Shown: positions 52,901 through 64,000 of the stretch, in pieces
Layout: every line of letters starts with the position of its first letter
Numbering within the stretch: position 1 is the first letter of the stretch
DNA from: Chrysomallon squamiferum
Lineage: Eukaryota > Animalia > Mollusca
Assembly: GCA_012295275.1 (NCBI GenBank)
Contig: CM022668.1
Location: forward strand, 1,302,001 to 1,366,000
Direction of reading: 5' to 3'
DNA length: 64,000 nucleotides
Translations under genes and position numbers: made by a program
Notes under the pieces: model-generated
What the model was told of the DNA's origin: nothing
Databases searched by the model: none
Seen by the model: the letters and a program-made list of their open reading frames with translations, nothing else

Positions 52901-55900
52901 GTCTATATTAAGCCTCCAACTACAAAAACAATTATTTATTTCAGTATCCCTGTCCTAGATTGGAATTTAATACTGCTAAAAAAAAAATTTATTAAAAGCA
53001 AACATAATAAAATATTTACCAGTATATGCCAAACATTTTCATTGGCTCCTTCAAATGAACAAAAGCTGAAACAAACATTAACATAAAATCATCATATATA
53101 TTATTTAATGTTAGTGTCAGATTACATGTATCACTAATTTGGATTAATTCAGAAAAAAATAATAATTAGTTTTAAATAAATAAAAATTTTAAATTAAAAT
53201 AAATTTTGAATCTTACCCTCAAGTGTCAAAAAATATATCTATATTTTTATGCCAAACATAATATCAAACAAACGTTTTTAGAAACAACATACCTGAATAA
53301 AAAAGAAACTACCATATATACTTGTGTATAAGTCGAATTTTTGGGGGACTATATTAAGGTAATATTTTGGGGGTCGACTTATACATAGGTAATGCTTTTG
53401 TAGCTGTTGCTGAAGAGTCGCCATTTTGACTATTTTTTGCTACGGGATGCATCTAAAATAATCGCAGTCTTTCAGCTTTTCAAAAATATAATTTTATTGT
53501 ATGAAAAATTTGGAAAAATTAAATAACAAAACCAAATATGAATGTAAAACATGATATTCTTCCATTTAATGACATAAAAATACATTTTAAAGCGAGAAAA
53601 CCGTTAGTACGGCATTATGCCTTACGGCGTCTTGCATGATCTAGGAATGCAGACTTCTCTGCCAAATTGCACTAAATATCGGTCCTAATTTCATAAACAA
53701 AACTCACTTGTGTAATTGTAAAGAATTTGGTGAAATAATATTGCAATCATCATTAATATCCACTACCAACAAATCGAAAACAAACTAAATTTCTATAAAC
53801 GTTCTGCAACAAAAATCAGTTCAACTTCTTGCCATATTTGTTACTCTAGTCGGTTGCCAAGTGCGTGAAGCCTCGGCCAATTAGTGCACTAGGAATAGGA
53901 TTGGGGGTGTGTCTTGTAGCAGAGTTTCGATAGAAAAAAATATTGCTGAGGTTCCGAAATTATCTTACTTTGAATTGCACATGCAAGTTACAGCTTGTGC
54001 AAGTTACGTTACAGTAGGCGTACAATGTAGGCCTTCATGGCACTGTCACACTGGTCTAAAAATAGTGACGGTGCCTGGAATCTACAGTCGACTTATACAC
54101 AAGTAATACCTAAAATGATGCAATTTTTGGTCTTAAAATACACATCGACTTATACATAAGGTTGCCTTGTACACAAGTATATACGGTAGTTTAAGAACTT
54201 ATTAACTATATAATATCACTTACCGAATGCTGACACCAAGCAGTCCCTGGCCACCCCAGTTGTGACTGGGTGTGATAGTGACCTCACGCACACCCTGCGT
54301 CTTACTGCTGTACACCGTCATCTTCACTGGCTTTTCTATATTTGCCTTTAGCAGCTCCTTCAATGTCTCATTATCTTGATTCTAAAACAGGTATCATAAT
54401 GACTTTGTCGTGTTGTCACATTTAATAAAATAATGTAATATCATTATAGTTCATCCATAACTGCAACTTTATTTATCACACAAATAACCCAGATACTATA
54501 GTCATTCTAAACATAGTTTATCATCAAGTTAAAAATTATCAATCTGAAAATAATTTTCAGTTAATCCAAAAAATCATTAGAATTTGTAACAATTCCAAAT
54601 AAATCTATTCAAGAAAAAACTAAATTAGAACTGCTATTACAGAAAAGGCAAGTAAATGCCAAAAAAAAAGCACCTTGAAACATTCGAATTATAATTTATT
54701 GTTTCAATTTCATAACATACCAGTCTTGTATTTCCTATTGCCACTATGAAATCAAAAAAAGCTTCAAGACCAGCCTTGGATCCAGGTGAATTATCCTGAA
54801 CCTTAAAAAGATAAGAATTCATTAAAGGAAATGAATACATTACACTAATATATATATATACATGCTGAATAGAAAAATACTGAAATCATTATATTTATGG
54901 AAAATTAGTTTATTAAAACTTAAATGTTAGTAATTTAAAAAAAAGAAAAAGTACACTTTTTTTTCACATTTACTTAAAAAATAAAAAAGAATTTAACATT
55001 TATTATAATAATAATAATAAATAAAGAAAGAAAAAATTTTAATAGAGAAAAATCATTTGCTAACCTAATTTTTTTGATAAAAAAAAAATAAAAAAAAAAA
55101 TATTGTTTTGATGCTAATGAGATTTTCTTTTGAACATGATTCAACAGTACTGGGGGATATTTGTTTTAATTGTATACATGAAATTATTTTTGTCATGAAA
55201 CCAAACACTTTATTTTTAAAATCATAAACTAGATTTTAAAACTTGTTAATGGCGGGACACAGAAACAGCACACCTTTTAGTGACCTTAGATTATTTTACT
55301 TTATCTGCTATTGTTTTTACATTTTACTTTATATTCTGTCAATCAAAATTATTTCTAATCAGTAAATTGTTAATTCAGTTATCTGAACCATTATCTTCAT
55401 GCACTCAGTACTTTATTATTGAGATTTTGAGTGGTCTCACACTGGAGTTTGTTTTTCAAATAGCACAAAACTTGCACATTTTGGGAGCTTGGACCATTCC
55501 TACAAGAAACTAAGCATATAGTTAATGTATTCAATTTTTAATGTTTTCATAATCCATCTCTTGAACTGAATGAGTAAAGTGTTGAGGAACACTGGAGCTA
55601 GAGATCAATGTGAATAAATACATCAGATGCTTTCATCTGAACACAATCATCCAATCAGGTTTTGTGCTGCAGATGACTGGTGGATGAGTGGAAACATCTG
55701 TTTTCCTTTGAACATCATGATTGAACAAAACAGTAATTCCCATAACACAGGATTAATGGTTCCACTGTTAAATCATTTCCCATTGCCCCATGAAGCCACT
55801 AATTTTCAGTCAAACATTTTTCAGCTGTATGAGTTTGTTCAAAATGTATTGTTTTTTGGTGGTACATTCAAGTGTTGAACTACCCTGAATCCTACACACC

Positions 55901-56829
55901 TAGCCTTAACTGGTTAATATACAGTGAATTTCAATAGTTTATCAATAGCTTATCAAAGACAGGTTTATGATCATTAACAGAGCCAGAATCCACATGCATA
56001 TCTCTAAAGACATTGATTTCTTAGCACATTCAGCATAGGAATCAGCAATGCCTGCTCTGTCACATGGATCCACTATGCACTCTGAGCTTCATCAGTTCTA
56101 TCACTTGAATGGTTCCAAGGTATTCTTCACATTTTTGTTTTTTCTTCTTCTTCTTCTTTAGGCTTTAGCCTATCCTGGAAGTAGGCTACCTATTTGTATT
56201 TAACCAAATAATGTGTTTTAAATGAGACAAGTTTGTCTTGAAGAATTTATAATGCATCATGGATGGTGCCATTTGTTGAAAGGACATTGCAATATTTCCA
56301 ATCCCTAATTATTTATAACATTAAGAGTGAGAAATCAAATTTTATGTCTAAAGGTGTATTATTAGATTTATAGATTAATAAAAATTTACATTATGAACAA
56401 TAAAATATAAAATACCAATATTAGTATTACTGTTTAACGATTCGGTTTGCATTAATAGCTTTTCAAACTAAACCTCTCAGGTATTTCAAAACAGCATTAT
56501 TATTTATTTATTTTTCAAAATAGTGCATTTTGTTTTACCTTTCTTTTTGTTAAATTTATGATACTGACAGAAATGGAGTGCAAAGAAATTATATAGTTTT
56601 AAATATATCTTCATCTCTAAATATAAATTGTAACTCGAAAGTGAAATGCTTCAGGTTCAGTGTCGCTGTCAGACTCTCGTGTCATCATCGTCATCAGGTC
56701 ATGATCAACTGATGTAAAATAATAACATCACCATACCATGCATAAATATAATATTTACGTTCATACCCGTAGGACATGATAACCCTCCGTTCCTCCTCCT
56801 GGTATTTCTGAACTTGCAGTCCCTCCCAT
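49932..56829 (-). CDS. GORASP2: Golgi reassembly-stacking protein (GRASP55/65 family), 11 coding exons
   Basis: Exons 56829-56767 ([21 protein letters not shown], Gly2 myristoylation), 54801-54721 ([22 protein letters not shown]), 54381-54224 ([12 protein letters not shown]), 53065-53020 ([15 protein letters not shown]), 52733-52647, 52084-51954, 51672-51549 ([14 protein letters not shown]), then Ser/Pro-rich exons 51355-51292, 51027-50914, 50656-50537, 50146(or 50143)-49932. Confidence 0.95.
53312..54186. mobile_element. Non-autonomous Tc1/mariner-superfamily (pogo/Tc2-type) MITE, 875 bp, in GORASP2 intron 3
   Basis: TA|CCATATATACTTGTGTATAAGTCGA on the left; reverse complement of the right end is TA|CCGTATATACTTGTGTACAAGGCAA. 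TA target-site duplication. Subterminal TCGACTTATAC repeats at ~53374, ~54088 and ~54145. No transposase ORF. Confidence 0.85.
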
Positions 56830-57917
56830 ATTGTTGTCATAAACCAATCTTCAAACGTTCTCTTCCACGTTGTATCGATGTTTATAGATGGGAGACAACC
56901 CTCAACATGGCCGAAGACGTGGCAGGCTAATTGCATTGTGGGTATATATTTCCGGTGTTTCCTGAAATAGTGTTACGCCTGAATTCATTTACGATAAAAT
57001 GCGGACGGTCGAGTTTTTTAAAGAAAGAATTTGCGCTTAATTACGAATCGTGAATTTGAGCTATACATATTATGCAGTAATGACAAATGGCATAGTTGAA
57101 AACAACAACAACAGCAGCAATGGCAACAACAATAATAATAGTAATAACTAAACTTGAATTCTCCAACTACATTCTCGTTCATATCACGCTTTTGTAATTT
57201 TTTTAGGACTGTCTAGTTTCCAATATTACTTTTTAAAATATTATTCGCCATCAACGACCCTCCCCCCGGCACAATAAATAAATAAATAAATAATAATAAA
57301 AAAATTAATTAAAAAGCAATAAATGCCAGATTCTTGAGGGGGGAATAAAAAAATTATAGTAATTAAAATTAAATAAATAAATAAAAGTAATAATTTAACA
57401 ACAACAACAATAATAATTAAATTTGAGTTCTCCAACCACATATTACTATCTCGCAATCTTATGTACGCCGGTAACTGGCTCATTTGCTGTGACAACATCA
57501 CAACGAATAAATTAAAATAGCATAAATTACTAAGTCACTTAATGATAGTAATGGAGAATGCAATGCTGTGGGGTTGTACAAACAAGAAACGGAAAAAATT
57601 CAAACACAAAGAATATATTTTTCTCAGCAATATTTCAAATGACACACTTTCATAATAATATTGCATTTATGGTTGAAAAAAAAAAAAAAAAAAACAATTC
57701 TAATAATCAGTTTACATTTACAGCATCAAAAACACAATTCAATATTTTGCTAAACAGAGCAGCTTAAAGGATGTAGGAAATATGAGATTACTGTAAATAA
57801 AATTTATTTTAAAGATTTTCGATTCAAAGTCTGTTGCTGAATCAACAGCTGTCTCCGCCATTGTAAATAAGCATTTCACATTTCAATGCCCAGCAGACGA
57901 GTATTTTTGTTCTTATC
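56830..57917. promoter_or_regulatory. Divergent (head-to-head) promoter region between GORASP2 and the GT92 gene
   Basis: The two ATGs are 1.09 kb apart on opposite strands. YY1-like CAACATGGCCG at ~56902 and CCGCCATT at ~57855, ETS-like TTCCGG at ~56950. Function is inferred from motifs only. Confidence 0.45.
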
Positions 57918-58952
57918 ATGGAGTTCTGGAAATGTACATCGACAATTATTGTGTTTCTCTCTGTTATTTCTATATTGTCCACCTGGTTTTTCATTCAGTA
58001 TCTTGGAAATATATCAATACAAATTAACGAAAGAGAAGATTTAGATATTTATAATGAAATAAGATTGTTTAATAACATAACTAAACAAGTAAGTAAATCT
58101 CTTTCTTGCTCTTTTACTCACTCTCTTTTCTTTTTTAAAGCATTATTTATAATTTTATTTTAGAATTAGATGCATGAAGATTTTAATATTTACATTAGTT
58201 TGAATTACAGTTTTATATTGATACTGAAATATGATAGTAAACAAAGTAAATAGGATATATATTTATGATATTCGTTTTCTTCTGCATTCCTAAATTTGGA
58301 TTATTTTAAATTATTAATATATTCTTATTTTGTTTAATTTTCAGGCTACTGAGACTGATACTGACAAACAGGCAGGTGAACACCCAGTTGAGGTGATCAA
58401 ACTGCAGCTGTTTGTGCAGAGTGCTATCGTTAATTACAACCGTTCCAATAAAACACACACAGCCGTCATGATCACAGCGTGGAACTACCACAGAAACAAA
58501 AATTCTTTCTTCTGTTGTTTCAGACTTAGGGAAGGCAATCTCATTGTCATACCAGCAGTTTTCCTCTTCAGACATAACCAGGGTCTGCTGAGCGCAAACC
58601 AATTTGGTTGTTATATTTCGAAAACCCAATCATTCCAAAACCATATTTTCTTTTCTGTTAACGACTGTATTAGTCATGTGACACAAAGCATACCAATAGT
58701 GTATCCCGAAATGAATGAAGGAAAAATGGCGATATGCTTGAAAACTGTATATAATAAATTAGATGTTCAACAAATGGTAGAATGGTTTGAACTGCAGAAA
58801 CTTCTAGGCGTACACAAAATCCAGGCTTTTAAGTTCCAGCTTGAAAAAGATCAAAACACGGTTTTAGAATATTACTACAACCAAGGCTTCCTTCATTTAC
58901 AAACATTATTTTTACCTGTAGGCTTTGGAGGTAAGGTGATTATTATCATTGT

Positions 58953-58994
<42 letters not shown>

Positions 58995-59026
58995 TTTTCA
59001 GTTGTTATGCACATTTGAAATTATTC

Positions 59027-59077
<51 letters not shown>

Positions 59078-59988
59078 TTTATGAAATCCTGTATCCGCCG
59101 TTGCTCATGACAGTCTAGAAAATAATCAAAATACAGACATTCTGTACCGAAACATTTTTCTGCGATTTTATTCTTTAATCTTTCTCTTTTAAACATTTTT
59201 CTTCATTTATTTATTGAGTTTTTATTATTGTTTTGCCGTTTGGTTTTGTTTTATTTACTTCTATGTTTTCTTATACTTTTCCCCCATCTCCAGCTCCCAT
59301 TGGGAGGGGTTTTCGTTTAGAAGAGAGGCCGTATGAAAACCAGTTCCAGGCAGACGAACAAATCACGTTGTACGACTGCGTTGATAGACTTTCAGGATAT
59401 GACTACGTTGGTGTTTATGATATTGACGAAGTTGTTCTACCTGGTGCAAATATTTCTTTACCAGACTTCTTTAGAGTTAGTATTTTATTATTTTTATTCT
59501 TGTTATTTTTGTTATATTATTTTGTCATCGTTATAATCATCTGTTGTTATTTAATATACTGATTACTAATTGTTGAGGATAAGCAGGACATTCTTAAGTT
59601 GTGTTTTCTCATGTACACAATTTTTCCCTGTTAAATTTTTAACGCTTTAGTAATTTTTGGTTTCAAAATTGAACTTTTCTTTTTCTATTTTTCTTTCTTT
59701 TTTCCACCAAGTTTAATAACTAGATTTTATTTTTATTTATTTATTTTAATTGTTTTATTAAATTTTTTATGTATTTTTATATTATTTTATTTTTCTGTTT
59801 ATCGTGCAAAATGCTATTTTCACTAACTTATGATGAATAACTAAAGAAATACTTAATTTCTTGAAAAAGAAACTGAACAATATCTTTTTCTTTTTTATTT
59901 ATTAATAATAATTTTTTTTTTTTTTTTTTTTTTTTTACGTATGACTGACAAATATATATATATAAGTCATAAGTAAAAAAAAAAAAAA

Positions 59989-60035
<47 letters not shown>

Positions 60036-60327
60036 TTTTTTTTTTTTTTTTTCTTTATCAATATTTTAAAAATAATTTCTTCACGTCGGATTTTCTTTCA
60101 GAAAATGGTAACATTGCATCCATATAGCGGAGCCTTCTTTTTCAAAACTGAGCACTTTCCAAAAGAATGGGGCAAGTCTAACAACGACACAGACCTGACT
60201 CTAATGACCCATGTGTACAGAATGCCGGCAGCTCGCAGACGTGAAAAACTGCTACATATACCGAAAAAAACAGTGATGCTGGATACTCATCACGTGACTT
60301 TGACTGGAAATTATTACGCGTGAGATT

Positions 60328-60358
<31 letters not shown>

Positions 60359-60371
60359 TTATTATTATTAC

Positions 60372-60470
<99 letters not shown>

Positions 60471-61356
60471 TTTTATTATTATTATTATTATTATGCTGAA
60501 TTTACATATTAAAGTAGGTGGCATATAAATTGTTTCAAAATACTATTCGGAAAATATCCGTATTTTCTTGTCCTGTTTTTATTTCTTTATCAATTTATTA
60601 TTTTTATTATTACCATCACCATTATCATCATCATCATCATCATAATTATTATTATTTTTTACGTTTCGAAATTAATATGACAAAAATAATTTTATTTATT
60701 CATTTATCTATTTATTTATTCATTTGTTTATTATTATTATTATTATTATTATTATTTTTTTTTTTTTTTTAAGCACTTGCTGCGAGTGAAAGGTTCTACA
60801 CCATGGTGTACAATTTGTCCAGAAAATAATTGAATATTAGATATGTATTCGCTATAACTATGACATAAAGCATTATAACTAATATTAAACGTTCATCCGA
60901 CGGTTAAATTAGAGTTAAGTAGTAAATATTATTTTCTAATAAGTTAACGAATCCATGCATATCTAGAAGAAAAAAAAGAAAAGAAAAAAGGAAGATAAAA
61001 TAAAATAAAACAAAATTATATAACAACAATAGTAATAATAATAAACGTCTACGAAAAACTAATTATTTTTTCTGTATGTATACAAAACTAAATAAAGCAA
61101 GATCAAACATCTGTATAAATATAACATTGACCTTTCTGAAAGACTAAAATGTTTCTGTTGAACATTTTATTTCAGATTATTTCTGGAGGCAGATGAAGCA
61201 GTTCTTCACCGGTACAGCACGTGTCTTCCTAAAGAGCAACCAGTCTGCGCAAGTTCTAGCAGAACTGAGGACAGAGACCTACTTCGATATCAAACAGCTT
61301 TAAGAGTAAGGACGAAACAGGCTTTGGAGGAAATTAGGAAATTTTCGAATAAATGA
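57918..61356 (+). CDS. Glycosyltransferase family 92 / DUF23-like type II membrane protein, 5 exons
   Basis: Exons 57918-58088 (N-terminal TM), 58345-58930 (LFVQSA; MAICLK...MVEWFELQKLLGVHKIQAF), 59294-59475 (QITLYDCVDRLSGYDYVGVYDIDEVVLP, DxD motif), 60102-60319 (REKLLHIP..DTHHV), 61176-61356 (AVLHRYSTC...TGA). Phases are consistent. Confidence 0.85.
60326..60493. repeat. (ATTT)n/(ATT)n compound microsatellite
   Basis: Directly visible. One of many (AAT/ATT)n tracts in the window (also ~7250-7465, 19993-20046, 24486-24552, 26274-26425, 32960-33035). Confidence 0.95.
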
Positions 61357-63773
61357 TGTTGAAATAATATTGATTTTATCAACAATTTCGGGGATTTCGC
61401 TGTTAAAAAAGTCTTTGTAATTTGAAATTATGTGTTATTTACATGTTTGTTTATTCATTCATTCATTTATTTATCACTAACACTTTTTTCTACAACAATA
61501 TTTTGAAGGATTTTGCTATTTTTGTTAGTAAACTGATTATCTGAATAGATTTAATAATGATCACTTTATAAAATTATTTAATGTTTTTATGCACATATCT
61601 GTGGCGATGATAATAACGACGATTACGATGATGATGATTATGATGATAATGATGATCACGATGATAATAAATGATCATTGTAACTTTAACTTTAATCGTA
61701 CTGATAAAAACAAATATAATTGTTTCTTACCAGGAAATAATATATCTGTTTAACACTCGTGAATCATTACTTGCAGCTAATCTTGTTTAGAATGTATTTA
61801 TATCAGTTCCAGTGTCTTGTATGTTACATTTACCTTGTATGATTCATCAGTGTTTTTAAAAGAGTGTAACTGAAATAAATATTAACGATCAGCAGACACG
61901 GCATTTCCTCATATTTTAAACGTCTTCAGCAGTTGCTGTAATATAAATACTCTTTCCATATCAAACCACTAACAAATGATCTAGATCAGCGTTGACTACT
62001 GGCACAAAACGAAGTTCACAAATAACGTTTCACGTATTGTGAAAAATAGGTTTAAATCTGAATTTACAGAACACATTGTTTTCATCAGTTAATCACAAAT
62101 TGACTGGTTTTTCTTTTTCTTTCAGATTTGTTTTACTACATATTTTTAATTATGCATTTTTCAGGATAATATTTGTTATCGTAACTTCAAGTGTCTGCAG
62201 TCGTCTGGATTTTTTAATTTAAAAAGTGACTTATACAAATTAACATATTATGACTAGGCAATATTTAGCGGAGGGAAACAGCTGCAAGTATGAATTGTAT
62301 ACAAGTACGTTGTGTCGATATCAAAGCAGCTTGTTATAAACTAGTCAGTTTAAAGCTACTTGAGTTCACAGCACTTGAAAACCATTATCACAACATTTAC
62401 TTATCAGTTCAGAAAGTTATTTTCAAAACAATGAAAATGCACTAAGGTATTTTTGATTTGTTCTCTATGTATCTTTAATTTTTTCTTTCTCTCCTCATGC
62501 ACATGCACACACTCACACAAATGCATTTAAAAGCGCACATGCCCGAGCGTACACACATATTCACATTTCACATACAGAGTTTAAAGTAATATTTTTCTTG
62601 ATGAGATCGTAACTGACCAAACACATTTTTTTCAGAGAAAATAATAAAAGGTATTCTAATATCGGCTAATATTGATTTATCATTAAATAATTCTTGACAG
62701 CCAACTCTAATAAAAAAAATATTGATCGCTAATTATATGTAGAGGTACGCTAAGAGAAATGAAAATGGAGCAGCCTGGACGTGAACAAACACAAGATAAA
62801 TGTTATCTGCAAATATCAGTTTTATTAGTGGCACCACAGTCCAAGCCAGTGTTAAGCCAAAGTACGCGAAAGTTTCTTCGTTCTATTTGATTTACGTTCA
62901 TTTTGTAAAAAGTATCTTGAAAGACATTGTGACTCCGTTTTGATACCACGTGGTAGGAGGTAAGTGTTCTGTTGTATATAAAATATATCCTATTGTAAAT
63001 TATAAATTATGTTACAAGCAACATATAGACACGTGTATTTTTGTCTCTGTAAACATGTTTAAAATATCTTGTATTATATGTATGTATATATACTTATGTA
63101 AACTTTTTCCAAATGTTTATAAATTTATAAAGTTTTCTCTTAATTATGTTTTATGTTTGTGTGTGTGAGTGCGTGGCAAGCGTATTTTAAATTGTTTTGT
63201 TTGTTTTGTGACAAATACACACTGTACGTGACAGAGCAATGAATGTATTTATGTGTGAGAGGCTGCGATCAATCTTCTTAGTTTGGCAGGAAATTAATTA
63301 GACAAAGCATGTTGATGTTGCTGACAGGTACATTGTTTAATTAAACTGTGAGAAACATTCAGTGTGCAGGTAAGTCAGTCCTCGGAAATAAACCTTCATT
63401 TACGTAGAATGGTTTGAACTGCAGTCTCTCTTAATCAGGTTATAATATCAGTCTGGTTATATTTATGTGTGAGTACTGTCGTGTTTATATTTTTTCCTAA
63501 AGTAACATATTAATAGCTAGCTAGCGTTATCATTATGTAAATACTATTAGTTCAGACATTCCTGTATTTTCACAACGCAGTACACTAGTTTGAAGTACTG
63601 TGCTATTTAGTATATTAGATCTTTAAAAGTTATTTTGTAATATTTAAATTAATTTCTGTACATCAGACAACATAATTATTATTAATGTAGATTTGTTTTT
63701 GTAGCAGTACATAGTTATTTATAATAAGTTTGCCTATGTTCGCCTAATCCTTAACATAACATATTGCCGTAAC

Positions 63774-63775
63774 AA

Positions 63776-63862
<87 letters not shown>

Positions 63863-63900
63863 GTAAGTAAATAAATAAATAAATAAGTAAATAAATAAAA
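63774..63900. repeat. (AAAT)n microsatellite
   Basis: About 30 tandem AAAT units with a few AAGT variants. Confidence 0.95.
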
Positions 63901-64000
63901 GAAATTAAAATGAAATCATTCTGAAAGTAAAAAGGTCATGTTTATAGGTGAAAATTTACAAAACAAATATGAGGTTCAGGTATTTGGAAGTCAGATACGA

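Noticed and set aside
55540-56130. GC-richer intronic stretch in GORASP2 intron 1 (also 47500-47900) with short ORFs
   Set aside because: No recognisable domain, splice structure or termini. Possibly old repeat debris, but this cannot be supported from the sequence.
1-64000. Functional biomineralisation/secretion gene cluster (Pif-like, MGAT2-like, astacin, GRASP, GT92)
   Set aside because: The genes are unrelated families in mixed orientation and include housekeeping genes. Adjacency alone is not evidence without co-expression or conserved synteny.

Overview
This is an AT-rich, microsatellite-dense, intron-containing animal genomic window. A mollusc is inferred from the Pif/BMSP-type shell-matrix gene. 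Six host genes were reconstructed by hand with GT-AG boundaries and consistent phases: (1) a Pif/BMSP-like shell matrix protein (signal peptide, 2 VWA, chitin-binding region, laminin-G split by a ~1,150-aa insert of 26 Trp/Gly repeats), running off the left edge; (2) a single-coding-exon MGAT2-like GlcNAc-transferase; (3) a 13-exon astacin protease with a (TG)23 linker and 4 ShK domains, carrying a 1-bp frameshift; (4) NBR1; (5) GORASP2/GRASP; (6) a GT92/DUF23 glycosyltransferase. Two TA-flanked MITEs and four minisatellites are also present. The most unusual feature is a ~1.7-kb island at ~17.5-19.2 kb. It holds two tandem, non-metazoan-looking tRNA genes (Asp-GTC, Glu-TTC) followed by closely packed, intronless, decayed ORFs, which suggests an endogenised DNA virus or large mobile element. 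No database searches could be run, so homology calls rest on recognised motifs.
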